The notes: generated by a model from the letters alone, not told the origin. Shown: positions 30,705 to 40,770, counted from the stretch's first letter. The stretch: DNA of 64,000 nt from Pedobacter sp. (GCA_050253415.1 JBFWJC010000001.1:1640679-1704678), one strand, 5' to 3'. A program made the numbers and translations.

Positions 30705-30847
30705 AGTTTTCATATGGGAAACGAGCAAATTTTCCCAAGGTCAAGGAGATCAAGCGCTTGCACGGAGGCGTAGGTGTCTACGCCGCACACGCAAGCATGC
30801 AGATTGACGCCGAGATTGGGGAAAAGGGCCGTTTCCTGGTGAAAACT
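30705..30847. repeat. long imperfect palindromic intergenic element (REP/MITE-like)
   Basis: Nested inverted repeats AGTTTTCA/TGAAAACT, GGAAACG/CGTTTCC, TTTTCCC/GGGAAAA, GCTTGC/GCAAGC, GGCGTAG/CTACGCC. Confidence 0.7.
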
Positions 30848-30866
30848 AAATAGGAGGTTTGTATTC

Positions 30867-31367
30867 GTGCGGGGCGTTGCGCATTTCAGCGGATTTGAGG
30901 CCATTCGGATGGCCATGGAAATCGAACATCGGGAACATCGGTTTTTTGTTGCCTTGGCGCGCAAAGCCAAAAGCGAGCTGCTCCGGGATGTGTTTAGCGG
31001 TATGGCGCAGGATACGATTTCATTGTTGCGCATATTGCGTATGCGTCTTCGGGATTACTCCACCGAGGGCTTTTGGGATGATGAGGAAGAGATTCTCCCT
31101 TATTTGCAGCGTTTGCCCGATGACCTGTTCAACGCTGCCATGGCCGTCAAGGAAAGGGTCGAGAGATTGTCTACGGATCGGGAAGCCCTGACCCTGGCTA
31201 TCGAGGTTGAGGAGGCTCTGGCAGGCTATTTCAAGGATACCTCGGTCAGGTCATCTCACCCGCAAGGTCGGGAGGCTTTCGAATGGCTGTCCGGGGAAAA
31301 AAAACGGCATGCGGAAGTATTGAAAAAGCGGCAACACGCCCTGGAGATCGAAGTAACCTCCGGGTGA
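30867..31367 (+). CDS. ferritin-like (rubrerythrin family) protein with degenerate metal ligands
   Basis: AIRMAMEIE...FF, ALTLAIEVEE..YF four-helix pattern; GGAGG RBS before GTG. Confidence 0.75.
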   Translation: MRGVAHFSGFEAIRMAMEIEHREHRFFVALARKAKSELLRDVFSGMAQDTISLLRILRMRLRDYSTEGFWDDEEEILPYLQRLPDDLFNAAMAVKERVERLSTDREALTLAIEVEEALAGYFKDTSVRSSHPQGREAFEWLSGEKKRHAEVLKKRQHALEIEVTSG

Positions 31368-31445
31368 TAGGTCGTTGGTCGGTGCTCTATCTTTCCGGTC
31401 AATGATCTTAATCGATTCGTTATTATACCGGAGAAGGAGAAAGTC

Positions 31446-31961
31446 ATGAATGTATTCGATTTCGCAATGCAAATGGAGACCGATGCGGAAGCTTTCTATC
31501 GGCAGCTCGCCAGTAAAAGTCCCGTTGCCGGGATAAAAAAAATTTTTACGGATCTGGCAGAAGATGAGCAAAAACATTATCAGATCTTTCGCAACCTGAA
31601 AAATGCCATGGACAACTCTGAGTCAAAGGAGTCGAGGGTACTGGATGACGCCAGGAACGTTTTTGCCGATCTGCTTGAAAAAAAGGCTGATGTCTCTGTC
31701 ATGCAGGATAACCTTGAGGGGTATCGCTATGCCATGAAGCTTGAGGCCGACGGTGCCCGTTTTTATGAGGATGCAGCACGGCGGGAAAAAGATCCGGAGA
31801 TCGCGAAACTCTTATTACGTGTTGCCGGGGAGGAGCAGAAACACTTTAACATTGTTGAAAACGTCTATCGCTATGTTAACGCACCCAATGAATATCTGGC
31901 CTGGGGCGAATTCAGCAACCTGGACGAGTTTCATGCCTTTGGTCGGGATGTTGATATATAG
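31446..31961 (+). CDS. ferritin-like (rubrerythrin family) protein
   Basis: FAMQMETDAEAFY...EDEQKH and AMKLEADGARFY...EEQKH di-iron motifs. Confidence 0.92.
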   Translation: MNVFDFAMQMETDAEAFYRQLASKSPVAGIKKIFTDLAEDEQKHYQIFRNLKNAMDNSESKESRVLDDARNVFADLLEKKADVSVMQDNLEGYRYAMKLEADGARFYEDAARREKDPEIAKLLLRVAGEEQKHFNIVENVYRYVNAPNEYLAWGEFSNLDEFHAFGRDVDI

Positions 31962-31985
31962 ATCGCAGGTACAGCATTTTGCGTC

Positions 31986-32030
31986 AAAAAATGCGGCCGG
32001 GTTCAGCGTGAACCGGCCGTAATTTTATTT
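31986..32030. terminator. bidirectional intrinsic terminator
   Basis: A6-GCGGCCGGGTTCA/TGAACCGGCCGT-AATTTT between convergent genes. Confidence 0.7.
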
Positions 32031-32093
32031 ATGCATCGGATCAAGGTAGTGGAAACAGGTCTGGCATCCTTCCCCATCCATGCATTGGTTCGA

Positions 32094-32969
32094 TTAGTCC
32101 GTAAGGATATCTTTCATGGTTTGCTCCTGGGCCGTCAATGCGAGCTCACGCTTTTGAGACAGTTTGAGAGTTTCAAGACCAAGGGCACGGTAAAGTTCTG
32201 CAAGTTCAGGTTGCCAGCACCGCAAGGCTTTGATGTGGCGGCTGACGGTGGCATCGTCCCGGCGTGCGATGGGACCTGTAAGGGCTTCAGCGGGTCCCAG
32301 GGTAAAGACATTGTCCAAGGTGTTGCGCACCATAGGTTCGAGGATTTTTAAGCCTGTTGCCGGTGGCAGGCCGGCCTGCTCGAGGGTATCAAGCCCCCAT
32401 TGCAGCAGCGTGACAAGATAGTTTGCGCTTATCGCCATGCCGGCATGGTAGAGGGCTTTGGTTTCGGATCGCAAGGGCAGGGGCGTGCCACCAATATTTT
32501 CAAATAATGCTGTCAGACGTGCGGTGGCTGCCAAGTCGCCTTCGATGCCACAGAAGGTCCCGCGAAAACTGGTTGCAGCGGAGGCTGGTTCGGCAAAGCT
32601 TTTAATCGGATGCACGCTTGCTACCAGTGCGCCATGAGGTTTTACGGCTGCCAGAATATCGGAACCGAGGGCTCCGCTGCAATGAAAGACGATATTCCCA
32701 GGTCGCAGGATGCCGGCGCTGGCGAGTTGCGTGGCGCAGGCGGCGATGTCGCTGTCGCCGGTTGCTATCATGGTGAAATCCGCCGGCTGCCATTCACCGG
32801 TAGTACATGCCGTGCCGCCGCCGATAAAGTCTGCGGCGCTTTGCGCACTGCCTATGCTGCGATTAGTGATTCCCTGCACGTGGATGATCTGATTGCAGCG
32901 CCACAGGTAGGCCAGTGTCTTACCAAGACGGCCGCAGCCGATGATGTTCATGGTTGGCAAGTTAGACAT
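32094..32969 (-). CDS. Rossmann-like + DUF2520 domain oxidoreductase
   Basis: IIGCGRLG, HCSGA, HPIKSF, YHA....ANY, LTGPIARRD...H. Confidence 0.9.
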   Translation of the reverse strand: MSNLPTMNIIGCGRLGKTLAYLWRCNQIIHVQGITNRSIGSAQSAADFIGGGTACTTGEWQPADFTMIATGDSDIAACATQLASAGILRPGNIVFHCSGALGSDILAAVKPHGALVASVHPIKSFAEPASAATSFRGTFCGIEGDLAATARLTALFENIGGTPLPLRSETKALYHAGMAISANYLVTLLQWGLDTLEQAGLPPATGLKILEPMVRNTLDNVFTLGPAEALTGPIARRDDATVSRHIKALRCWQPELAELYRALGLETLKLSQKRELALTAQEQTMKDILTD

Positions 32970-34131
32970 GATCCCCCTTGTTGATTACATGCAGCCGGGC
33001 TTTGAGTTTCTCGATGCGCTGAAGGGATTGCAGAATGCGATGCCGGGATACGCGGCCCGAATCGAGCAGTTTCTGCAATACCGCAAGCATGCGGGTCGTT
33101 GTGTCGGGACGGTTGTCGGCCAGCAACAGCATATCCACTCCCGCATCGAGTGCTTTTTGTACCGATTCCTCCAGGGTGTATTGGCTGGTAATGGCGCCCA
33201 TGGTCAGGTCGTCGCTGATGACGACGCTATTAAATCCGAGTCGCTTGCGTAGCAAGCCGTCGATGGTTGGCTTCGAGAGGGTTGCCGGTAGCCGGGGGTC
33301 GAGTCTGGCGTTGAAGACGTGCGCCGTCAGCACGGTATCGGCAAGGCCCTCCTGGATCAGAGTGCGAAAAGGCTGCAGCTCCTTATTGCTCCAGGTATCC
33401 GTTACGTCAACAAATCCTTTGTGGGAATCGGCGGTCGAGCTGCCATGTCCTGGAAAGTGTTTAAGGCTGCAAAGTATCCCCTGCTCATGGTGGGCACGGA
33501 TGAACTCGCGGGCATGTGCTGTAACGGCTGTCGGGTCGGAGGAAAAACTTCTTTCCAGCTTGCCGATGACCGGATTGGCAGGATTGACATTCAAATCCAC
33601 CACCGGACCCAGATTAAGGTTGATCCCGGCGCGCTGCAAGGTGCGGGCAATTTCATTCGCGTGTCGGTGGGTAAGGGCAAGATCGTTACTCTGCCCCAGG
33701 GACGCAAATGAGACCGTGGCCGGGAAACCGAAGCTTTCTTTTAAACGACAAATGCGACCGCCTTCCTGATCGACCGCAATCAGCAATGGGGCCCGGTAGG
33801 AGGCGGCTTGCTGCAAGCGGGTCGTAAGTGTACGCAGTTGACTCGGTGAGATGATGTTGTTGGCCGGCGTCCCGCTATCGGGGCCGTAATTAAACAGTAT
33901 CACCCCACCGAGGTGGCGCTGTCGTATGTCTTCAAGGATGGGATGTCCTTCCTCGATGACGGAACCGGCAAATCCGACCAGCAGCATCTGTCCGAGCGGC
34001 AAATCGCCAGAGTTCTGGCCTGTCGGTGGGCTGACGGCTGTTGCGGCACTTTGCGCCTGAGGTGCAAGCAGAAGCAGGCCGAAAAGGATGAACGCGATCT
34101 TTTGCAGGTACATACGCAACAGCACAGGCAT
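32962..34131 (-). CDS. exported glycoside hydrolase family 3 (NagZ-like beta-N-acetylhexosaminidase)
   Basis: Signal peptide; AVDQEGG, KHFPGHG..ADSH, ISDDL.M; start may be 34113. Confidence 0.92.
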   Translation of the reverse strand: MPVLLRMYLQKIAFILFGLLLLAPQAQSAATAVSPPTGQNSGDLPLGQMLLVGFAGSVIEEGHPILEDIRQRHLGGVILFNYGPDSGTPANNIISPSQLRTLTTRLQQAASYRAPLLIAVDQEGGRICRLKESFGFPATVSFASLGQSNDLALTHRHANEIARTLQRAGINLNLGPVVDLNVNPANPVIGKLERSFSSDPTAVTAHAREFIRAHHEQGILCSLKHFPGHGSSTADSHKGFVDVTDTWSNKELQPFRTLIQEGLADTVLTAHVFNARLDPRLPATLSKPTIDGLLRKRLGFNSVVISDDLTMGAITSQYTLEESVQKALDAGVDMLLLADNRPDTTTRMLAVLQKLLDSGRVSRHRILQSLQRIEKLKARLHVINKGDHV

Positions 34132-34316
34132 GGCTTACTCCGAAACATTGCACGCAGGTTGCGTGCAGGAAAGTTGTCTGTTAGGCGAAACACCTTTGCG
34201 TGGAATGTCTGTGCCGTCTGTAGTGGGGTAGGTCCACGTGTATGATGTCATGTCGTTGCCAGAAACGCATCGCGAAGCATTTTTACCCGGTTTTCCCGGC
34301 AATCATTCGCGGGTTT

Positions 34317-34751
34317 TTAAATCCGGTAGACGTCTTCGGCTGGGAGGGTCTGTACTCCCGCGGATTCAAAAACTTTTTGCACATGCTCGGCGTTTTCCAC
34401 GTCGATGATCAGGATGGCCTCCTTATTGTCGCCAATCACGGTACCATAGGCGTTCTGAATGTTGAGGCCCGCCTGGGCCAGAAGGCTCAACATGTCGTGC
34501 AATGCTCCCGACCGATCCTGCATGCTGACCACCACGATTTCCCTCAATACGGCAGGATGCCCCGCCTGTGAAAGTTTTTGGCAGGCTATGTCGGGGTGGT
34601 CGACCAATAGATTGAGGATGCCCCAGCCGGCCGAACTGGTGGACAGGGTCATAGCTCTGATATTGATGTCGGTGGCCTTGAGAACTGCCGTTATCTTTTC
34701 CAGCCGGCCTGGTTTGTTTTCCAAAAAAATTGAGACCTGATGCGCAATCAT
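34317..34751 (-). CDS. tandem ACT domain protein
   Basis: QVSIFLENKPGRL..I, D..G.L motifs; directly after phenylacetate-CoA ligase. Confidence 0.9.
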   Translation of the reverse strand: MIAHQVSIFLENKPGRLEKITAVLKATDINIRAMTLSTSSAGWGILNLLVDHPDIACQKLSQAGHPAVLREIVVVSMQDRSGALHDMLSLLAQAGLNIQNAYGTVIGDNKEAILIIDVENAEHVQKVFESAGVQTLPAEDVYRI

Positions 34752-34760
34752 GGCAACCTC

Positions 34761-36059
34761 CTAGGGAATCCGTGAATCGATGACCCGAACCGCCTTGCCT
34801 TCATTTTTGGGAAGGCTGCCCGGTTCGACCAGTCTAACGTTGGGAGAGACCAGTATCTCATCCCGCACCTCATGGGCTATACGCCGGGAGAGCTTTTCCA
34901 GGGCCTCGAGGTTGCCGGTAAACCATTCTTTTTGCAATTCCACCTTAACGGTGATGTCATCGTTGCCATCCACGGTTTCCAGTTCGATGAGATAGTCTGT
35001 GCTGACTTCCGTATAGCGCATCAGCACCTTTTCAATCTGCATGGGGAAGACATTGCAGCCTTTGATGATAAACATATCGTCAGTACGACCGGAGATGCGA
35101 TCCAATCGACGGTGCGTACGTCCGCACGGGCAATCGCCCGTCAAAAAGCGGGTCAGATCGCGGGTTCGGTAGCGCAGCAGGGGCATGGCATGACGATCGA
35201 GGGTCGTGAAGACCAACTCTCCTTCTTCACCATCGGGCACGGGCTGCAGGGTATCGGGGTCGATGATTTCCGTCAGAAACGCATCTTCCCAGACATGCAG
35301 ACCGTTCTGGTATTCACATTCAAAGGCAACACCGGGACCGTTCATTTCTGAAAGTCCGTAAGAATTGAAGGCCCTGACGCCAAATAGTTCTTCAATGCGG
35401 CGTCTTTGCGCATCGGTATGCGGTTCCGCTCCGATGACAAACAGTTTGAGGCTGGTGTCTTTGCGCGGGTCCAGTCCCATCTCCTGAAAGGCACTGTGCA
35501 GGCGGAAGAGGTAACTCGGAATCGTATGCACGGCCGTGGTACCAAAGTCCTGCATCAGTTTAATCTGCCGCCGGGTATTGCCGGCCGCAGCCGGGATAAC
35601 AAGGGCGCCGAGACGTTCCGCACCGTACTGGAAACCAAGTCCTCCGGTAAACAGGCCATAGCCGCAGATGTTCTGAAAGACGTCGGTGTCTCGCAGCCCG
35701 GCGCAATACAGGGAACGTGCAACCAGATCCGCCCAGGAGGATAAATCGTGATTGTCATGGAAGATCACGGTAGGATTTCCGGTGGTGCCGCTAGAGCAGT
35801 GCAGGCGAACCGCTCCCTGTTTCGGCACAGTTAGAAAGCCGTAGGGAAAATTGTTGCGCAGGTCCTCTTTGGTGGTAAAAGGCAGGCGCCGTATGTCATC
35901 GACGTTTTTTATGATTTCAGGCCCAATGCCGTGCCGGCGAAACAGTTCACCGTAGTAGGGAGAGTTTACGGCTCGGCCCAAGGTTTCTTGCAGGCGTTGC
36001 GACTGCAGAATACGGAGTTGCGGCTGCGGGAGGATTTCGATTTCCGGTTTCCAGTACAT
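34761..36059 (-). CDS. paaK: phenylacetate-CoA ligase family protein
   Basis: LPFTTKEDLR, SSGTTGNP, YGLFTGGLG, YGLSEMNGPG, RYRTRDL, GRTDDM. Confidence 0.9.
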   Translation of the reverse strand: MYWKPEIEILPQPQLRILQSQRLQETLGRAVNSPYYGELFRRHGIGPEIIKNVDDIRRLPFTTKEDLRNNFPYGFLTVPKQGAVRLHCSSGTTGNPTVIFHDNHDLSSWADLVARSLYCAGLRDTDVFQNICGYGLFTGGLGFQYGAERLGALVIPAAAGNTRRQIKLMQDFGTTAVHTIPSYLFRLHSAFQEMGLDPRKDTSLKLFVIGAEPHTDAQRRRIEELFGVRAFNSYGLSEMNGPGVAFECEYQNGLHVWEDAFLTEIIDPDTLQPVPDGEEGELVFTTLDRHAMPLLRYRTRDLTRFLTGDCPCGRTHRRLDRISGRTDDMFIIKGCNVFPMQIEKVLMRYTEVSTDYLIELETVDGNDDITVKVELQKEWFTGNLEALEKLSRRIAHEVRDEILVSPNVRLVEPGSLPKNEGKAVRVIDSRIP

Positions 36060-36447
36060 GGGCTGTATAGGGTCCTTTCGTCAGAGCTCCGAGCGGTGGT
36101 AATCCTTTGGTCGGATTCTGGATATTTTGGGTCTGCTTGCACAATGCAACGTGATATGACGTGCATCAGGCCTGAGTTGGGGGCGGTTTGGCGGTGCCAA
36201 GAAGATCTCAGCAGTCATTGCCATAATCAACCACGCGACACTTTAAATGAGGTGGAGTGGTTGGAGCAAAAGGCAGCTATAACAGGGTTGCAATATACGA
36301 TCTGGCCAAATGTCGAACATAACAGATTTTGTACTGAAATGGTAGTTTCGCGCTGCGTTGATGGCAACCGGTGACCAATGATAGCAGCTTTGAGTATGTT
36401 TTTTTTGAGCCGGGGCAGGGGGTAGCAGAGAGTGGTACGCTGGTGAT

Positions 36448-36484
36448 AAAAAAAGCCCCGAATCGAATCATTCGGGGCTTTTTT
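36448..36484 (-). terminator. intrinsic terminator of tRNA-Gly pair
   Basis: A7-GCCCCGAAT/ATTCGGGGC-T6. Confidence 0.85.
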
Positions 36485-36487
36485 ATC

Positions 36488-36562
<75 letters not shown>

Positions 36563-36651
36563 ATTGGGTGTTTTGTCTTGCAACGCGTCTGCATCACTAT
36601 CGAGCGGTGGATTGAAAAGCCCCGAACCGAAGAGCTCGGGGCCTTGATCGC

Positions 36652-36726
<75 letters not shown>

Positions 36727-36761
36727 GTGACGCTTACAGCTCCGTGTTGCGAGCGGGCTTA

Positions 36762-36790
36762 TTAATAGCAAATGGCATTTTTCAAGTCAA
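36762..36790 (-). promoter_or_regulatory. putative sigma70 promoter for tRNA-Gly pair
   Basis: TTGACT-N17-TATTAA on minus strand, with TG before the -10, about 35 nt upstream of the tRNA. Confidence 0.55.
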
Positions 36791-37135
36791 CAAAAAATTC
36801 AGCGATTTTTGATTTGTTTCGTAATCAGCGGCCAGGGAAGAATTTTGCTGTGGAGGACAACACAGTTTCGTCCTTTACAAAAAGACGATCTTGTCTGGTT
36901 TGCTTTGACCATGCCTCAAATTTCCGGATTATATGGGACATCGCATCTTTTGCGCGTAACCTGATGGATGACAAAATTTGCGGGGCGCGATTGCCATAGG
37001 GCTGGTCAGGCGGCAAGAACCCGGTTGTTTGTTGGAATAAAGTGTTGCCTTAATGCCTGTCAGGAAAGCGTGTCAAACTTTCAAATGACCTGGACGGTCA
37101 TGCCCTTGAACAGGTTTTTTTAAGTGCACGACGTT

Positions 37136-37702
37136 TTATCGGTACGCCTGCAGAAAACGTTTGACCCGTTGAACGTAGTTGCGCGTCTCGGTGTAGGGAG
37201 GGATGCCGCCGTGCTGACGCACCGCACCGGGGCCGGCATTGTACGCAGCGATTGCCAGGTCCGTGTTGCCGTTGAAAAGATCGAGCATTTTTCGCAGGTA
37301 GCGGGTGCCGCCCCGGATGTTGTCTTCGGGGTCGAATGGATCAGCAACCTTCATTTCGCGGGCCGTCTCCGGTATCAGTTGCATCATGCCCTGCGCACCC
37401 TTGCTGGATACAGCGCGGGGGTTGTAATCGCTTTCGGCTTTGATGACGGCCTTGACCAGAGCTTTTTCCAGACGATTGGCTAAAGCATAGCGTTCGATAA
37501 TATCTTCGATGCTTTGATGGGAAGCGTATTTGCTGGAGGATTCCTTGAGGTAAAACGTGTATTGAGGATCCGTCGGGGTGTTGGTGAAATGCATGACGCC
37601 ATTGCTGTCGACGTACCGGTAGATATCCGCCTGGGCGCTGACCGAGCCCAGGAGTATAATCCCTCCCGCAATCAATATGCATGTGACAAAAAGTTGTTTC
37701 AT
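37136..37702 (-). CDS. lytic transglycosylase (SLT) with N-terminal DUF4124-like segment
   Basis: Signal peptide, IYRYVDSNG..HFTNTP; AVIKAES, GA.GMMQL, AAYNAG, ETRNYV. Confidence 0.93.
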   Translation of the reverse strand: MKQLFVTCILIAGGIILLGSVSAQADIYRYVDSNGVMHFTNTPTDPQYTFYLKESSSKYASHQSIEDIIERYALANRLEKALVKAVIKAESDYNPRAVSSKGAQGMMQLIPETAREMKVADPFDPEDNIRGGTRYLRKMLDLFNGNTDLAIAAYNAGPGAVRQHGGIPPYTETRNYVQRVKRFLQAYR

Positions 37703-37778
37703 TGTTCTCCTACCGAGGCACCTGAGCACTATAGCCGGAAAGGGATAGCATTACAAGTGGCTTACACATGCAAAAACC

Positions 37779-37807
37779 TTGACAATGCAGAGGGGGGTTC
37801 CGATAAT
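37779..37807 (+). promoter_or_regulatory. putative sigma70 promoter for nadB operon
   Basis: TTGACA-N17-GATAAT. Confidence 0.55.
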
Positions 37808-37949
37808 GGTGCAGTTTATCAGCATCCGAATTTACTTTGACTCGCTTTATTCCTTAAATCATGCAAATAACGGCGTTAGATCTGCCCGTGATTTCAGATA
37901 GGGGTAGTCGATTCGCTTGTATTGTTATTACTGGAAGTGAGGCCTCGCA

Positions 37950-39548
37950 GTGAACATCACCACCGATTTTCTTATTATCGGCAGCGGTATTGCCGGTTTA
38001 TCTTATGCTCTTAAGGTCGCTGATTTCGGCCAGGTGGCCGTGGTGACCAAGCGGGAGATTTCCGAGACGGCAACCACGCTGGCGCAGGGTGGCATCGCTT
38101 CGGTCCTTTCTTCGGAGGACAGCTTTGCCGCGCATGTGCGTGATACCATGGTCGCCGGTGGATACCTGTCCAATGAAGATGTTGTCAGGATGGTTGTGCA
38201 GCGTGGGCCCCAGGCGATTGCCGACCTTATCAACTGGGGGGTTCGCTTCAGCAAAAAAGACGATGATACCTACGATTTGACCCGTGAAGGTGGTCATAGT
38301 CGGCGCCGTATTCTGCATGCCAAGGATATGACAGGGCAGGAGATCGAACGGGCACTGGTTGAAGCGGCAAGGGCTCATCCAAATATTACGATTTATGAAC
38401 ACCATATCGCCATAGACCTGATTACCGATGCCAAGGCCGGGGCCCATATGCATCGGCCCACACGATGTCTTGGTGCCCATATTCTGGATATAGCCGGTCG
38501 CAAGGTACAAACGCTCGGCGCCCGGGTTACTGTTCTGGCAACCGGAGGGGCCGGTAAGGTCTATCTCTATACCTGTAATCCCGATGTGGCTACCGGTGAC
38601 GGCGTCGCCATGGCCTATCGTGCAGGTGCTACCATTGCCGATATGGAATTCATGCAGTTTCACCCCACCACCCTCTATCATCCCAAGGCCAAATCGTTCC
38701 TGATATCCGAAGCGGTACGCGGGGAAGGGGCAATTCTCCGGCGACGCGATGGTACGGCCTTTATGGATCAGTACCATGAATTGCGCGATCTGGCGCCTCG
38801 CGATATTACCGCCCGGGCAATTGACAATGAGATGAAAATTCACGGTGACGAAAGTGTTTTCCTCGATATTACTCACCGTGATGCCGATTACATCCGTGAC
38901 CGGTTCCCCCATATCTATGAAACGTGCCTTTCGTTCGGCATCGATATCACCACCGAACCTATCCCGGTTGTCCCCGCAGCCCATTATGTGTGCGGAGGTG
39001 TAAAGGTCGACAAATGGGGGGAATCGGACCTTGTGAATCTGTTTGCTATTGGTGAGGTGGCTTGTACCGGTCTCCACGGGGCGAATCGTCTTGCGAGTAA
39101 CAGTTTGCTGGAAGGTGTGGTATTTGCGGATCTGGTGGCCCAGCGCAGTCTGGCCCGTATCAAGGAAAAGCAAGAGCAGGTGCCGCAGGTGACGCCGTGG
39201 GATTACGGTAAGGCTACCAACAGCGACGAAGAGGTGGTTGTTGCCCATAACTGGGATGAAATTCGTCGCTGCATGTGGAATTATGTCGGTATCGTGCGTA
39301 CCAATAAACGTCTCAAGCGCGCTTTGCGGCGTATCCAGATGATCAAGGATGAGATTACAGAGTATTATTGGGACTTTTATCCTACCTCGGACCTCATCGA
39401 GTTACGTAACATTGCTACGGTAGCTGAACTGATTGTGCGTTGTGCGCGCATGCGGCGTGAAAGCAGGGGGCTGCACTACAACATCGATTATCCGGAACGG
39501 GATGATTTGAATTGGAAAAAAGATACGTTGATACGTAAAAAACTATGA
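37950..39548 (+). CDS. nadB: L-aspartate oxidase
   Basis: IIGSGIAG, AQGGIA, REGGHS.RRILH, QFHPT, SEAVRGEG, LHGANRLASNSLLE, ESRGLH. Confidence 0.97.
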   Translation: MNITTDFLIIGSGIAGLSYALKVADFGQVAVVTKREISETATTLAQGGIASVLSSEDSFAAHVRDTMVAGGYLSNEDVVRMVVQRGPQAIADLINWGVRFSKKDDDTYDLTREGGHSRRRILHAKDMTGQEIERALVEAARAHPNITIYEHHIAIDLITDAKAGAHMHRPTRCLGAHILDIAGRKVQTLGARVTVLATGGAGKVYLYTCNPDVATGDGVAMAYRAGATIADMEFMQFHPTTLYHPKAKSFLISEAVRGEGAILRRRDGTAFMDQYHELRDLAPRDITARAIDNEMKIHGDESVFLDITHRDADYIRDRFPHIYETCLSFGIDITTEPIPVVPAAHYVCGGVKVDKWGESDLVNLFAIGEVACTGLHGANRLASNSLLEGVVFADLVAQRSLARIKEKQEQVPQVTPWDYGKATNSDEEVVVAHNWDEIRRCMWNYVGIVRTNKRLKRALRRIQMIKDEITEYYWDFYPTSDLIELRNIATVAELIVRCARMRRESRGLHYNIDYPERDDLNWKKDTLIRKKL

Positions 39549-39615
39549 TTATTCTTCTTGCGGAAATTTGCCGGATACCATCTGTCATTTTTGTAAGGAT
39601 ACTTAAACTCGGGAG

Positions 39616-39894
39616 TTGGGTTTGACTATTGATGAAATAAGAGAAGAAATCGACGCACTGGACGATGAATTGTTGCAGATTTTCAACCGTCGAGCAGCTT
39701 TGGCCCTGGCCATCGGGGAAATAAAAAAAACCGAAGGGCGCGCGGTATACGATCCCAAGCGGGAACAGAAGATCTTTGAGCGCATGCAAGCTACCAATCC
39801 CGGTCCTTTAGATAACGGTGCCATTGTGCGGTTATATGAGCGCGTTATCGATGAAACCCGGCGGTTGGAGCGTATTCGAACGAAAGGGGAATAG
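39616..39894 (+). CDS. monofunctional AroQ chorismate mutase
   Basis: IREEIDALD..LL..FNRR, IGEIK, YDPKRE. Confidence 0.9.
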   Translation: MGLTIDEIREEIDALDDELLQIFNRRAALALAIGEIKKTEGRAVYDPKREQKIFERMQATNPGPLDNGAIVRLYERVIDETRRLERIRTKGE

Positions 39895-39897
39895 ACG

Positions 39898-40104
39898 ATG
39901 CTGGTGATAATGAGGTCAACGGCCACAGAGCAGGATCTCGGCCAACTCAAACAGTATCTGGTAGAGCGTGATTACGATTTTCATCAATCGACCGGGGCCA
40001 ATCGAGTCATCATCGGCGTCATTGGGGAAACTGCTCAACTTGATAAACAGGAGCTTGAGGCGTTGCCGGGGGTCCTGGCGGTGTTCAAAATTCCCGAAGA
40101 ATAA
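39898..40104 (+). CDS. stand-alone DAHP-synthase-type ferredoxin/ACT-like regulatory domain
   Basis: MLVIM...AT......H.STG.NR.IIGVIGE.....LEALPGV..V..I matches the N-terminal domain of type I-beta DAHP synthases; stop after 68 aa. Confidence 0.75.
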   Translation: MLVIMRSTATEQDLGQLKQYLVERDYDFHQSTGANRVIIGVIGETAQLDKQELEALPGVLAVFKIPEE

Positions 40105-40125
40105 CCTGGCGTCTGATTAAAGAGA

Positions 40126-40168
40126 AAAATAGAAGGGGGAAAGCCAATGGCTTTCCCCCTTCTATTTT
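40126..40168. terminator. bidirectional intrinsic terminator
   Basis: Perfect inverted repeat AAAATAGAAGGGGGAAAGCCA / TGGCTTTCCCCCTTCTATTTT between convergent genes. Confidence 0.88.
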
Positions 40169-40196
40169 AGACATATGTTCAAAAGACCAGCTATTC

Positions 40197-40754
40197 TCAG
40201 TCCGCAACGATCTCGCTTTTGGTAAAGATGGAGCGAAGTTGCAGGCCGGCGGCCTCGACTATTTCCCGGCCACCCTCCTGGCGATCGACCAGGGTGATGA
40301 TGCCGAGAACTTCCAGGCCTTCTTCACGGGCGCGGTCAACGGCCTTAAGAGCCGAACCGCCGGTGGTGAGGACATCTTCCACAATCACTACCCGAGCGCC
40401 GGGGCGCAGGTTTTTGCGACCTTCCAGCCATTGCCCTGTACCGTGGCCTTTGGGTTCCTTGCGAATGATAAAAGCCGGGATCGGCGAATCGCCCATGGAG
40501 CTAACCAAGGCCGCGGCCGTGGCAATGGGGTCGGCTCCCAGGGTGAGTCCCCCGACACCTTCGACAGGCGCGGGGAAATGTTTCAGTTCCTCCAATACCG
40601 CTTTGCCAACCAGCATTGAACCGCGGGGGTGAAGGGTCGTCTGCTTACCGTCGAAGTAAAAGTTGCTTTTGCGGCCGGAGGCCAAGGTCACTTCGCGCTC
40701 TTCGTAGGATATCTGTCGAATAATGGCTTTAAGTTCTGCACGATCACTGGTCAA
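40197..40754 (-). CDS. pyrE: orotate phosphoribosyltransferase
   Basis: TLASGRKSNFYFD, IRKEPKGHG, VIVEDVLTTGGS; TTG start with AAGGAG RBS. Confidence 0.96.
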   Translation of the reverse strand: MTSDRAELKAIIRQISYEEREVTLASGRKSNFYFDGKQTTLHPRGSMLVGKAVLEELKHFPAPVEGVGGLTLGADPIATAAALVSSMGDSPIPAFIIRKEPKGHGTGQWLEGRKNLRPGARVVIVEDVLTTGGSALKAVDRAREEGLEVLGIITLVDRQEGGREIVEAAGLQLRSIFTKSEIVAD

Positions 40755-40770
40755 AACCAAATCTCCTTTA

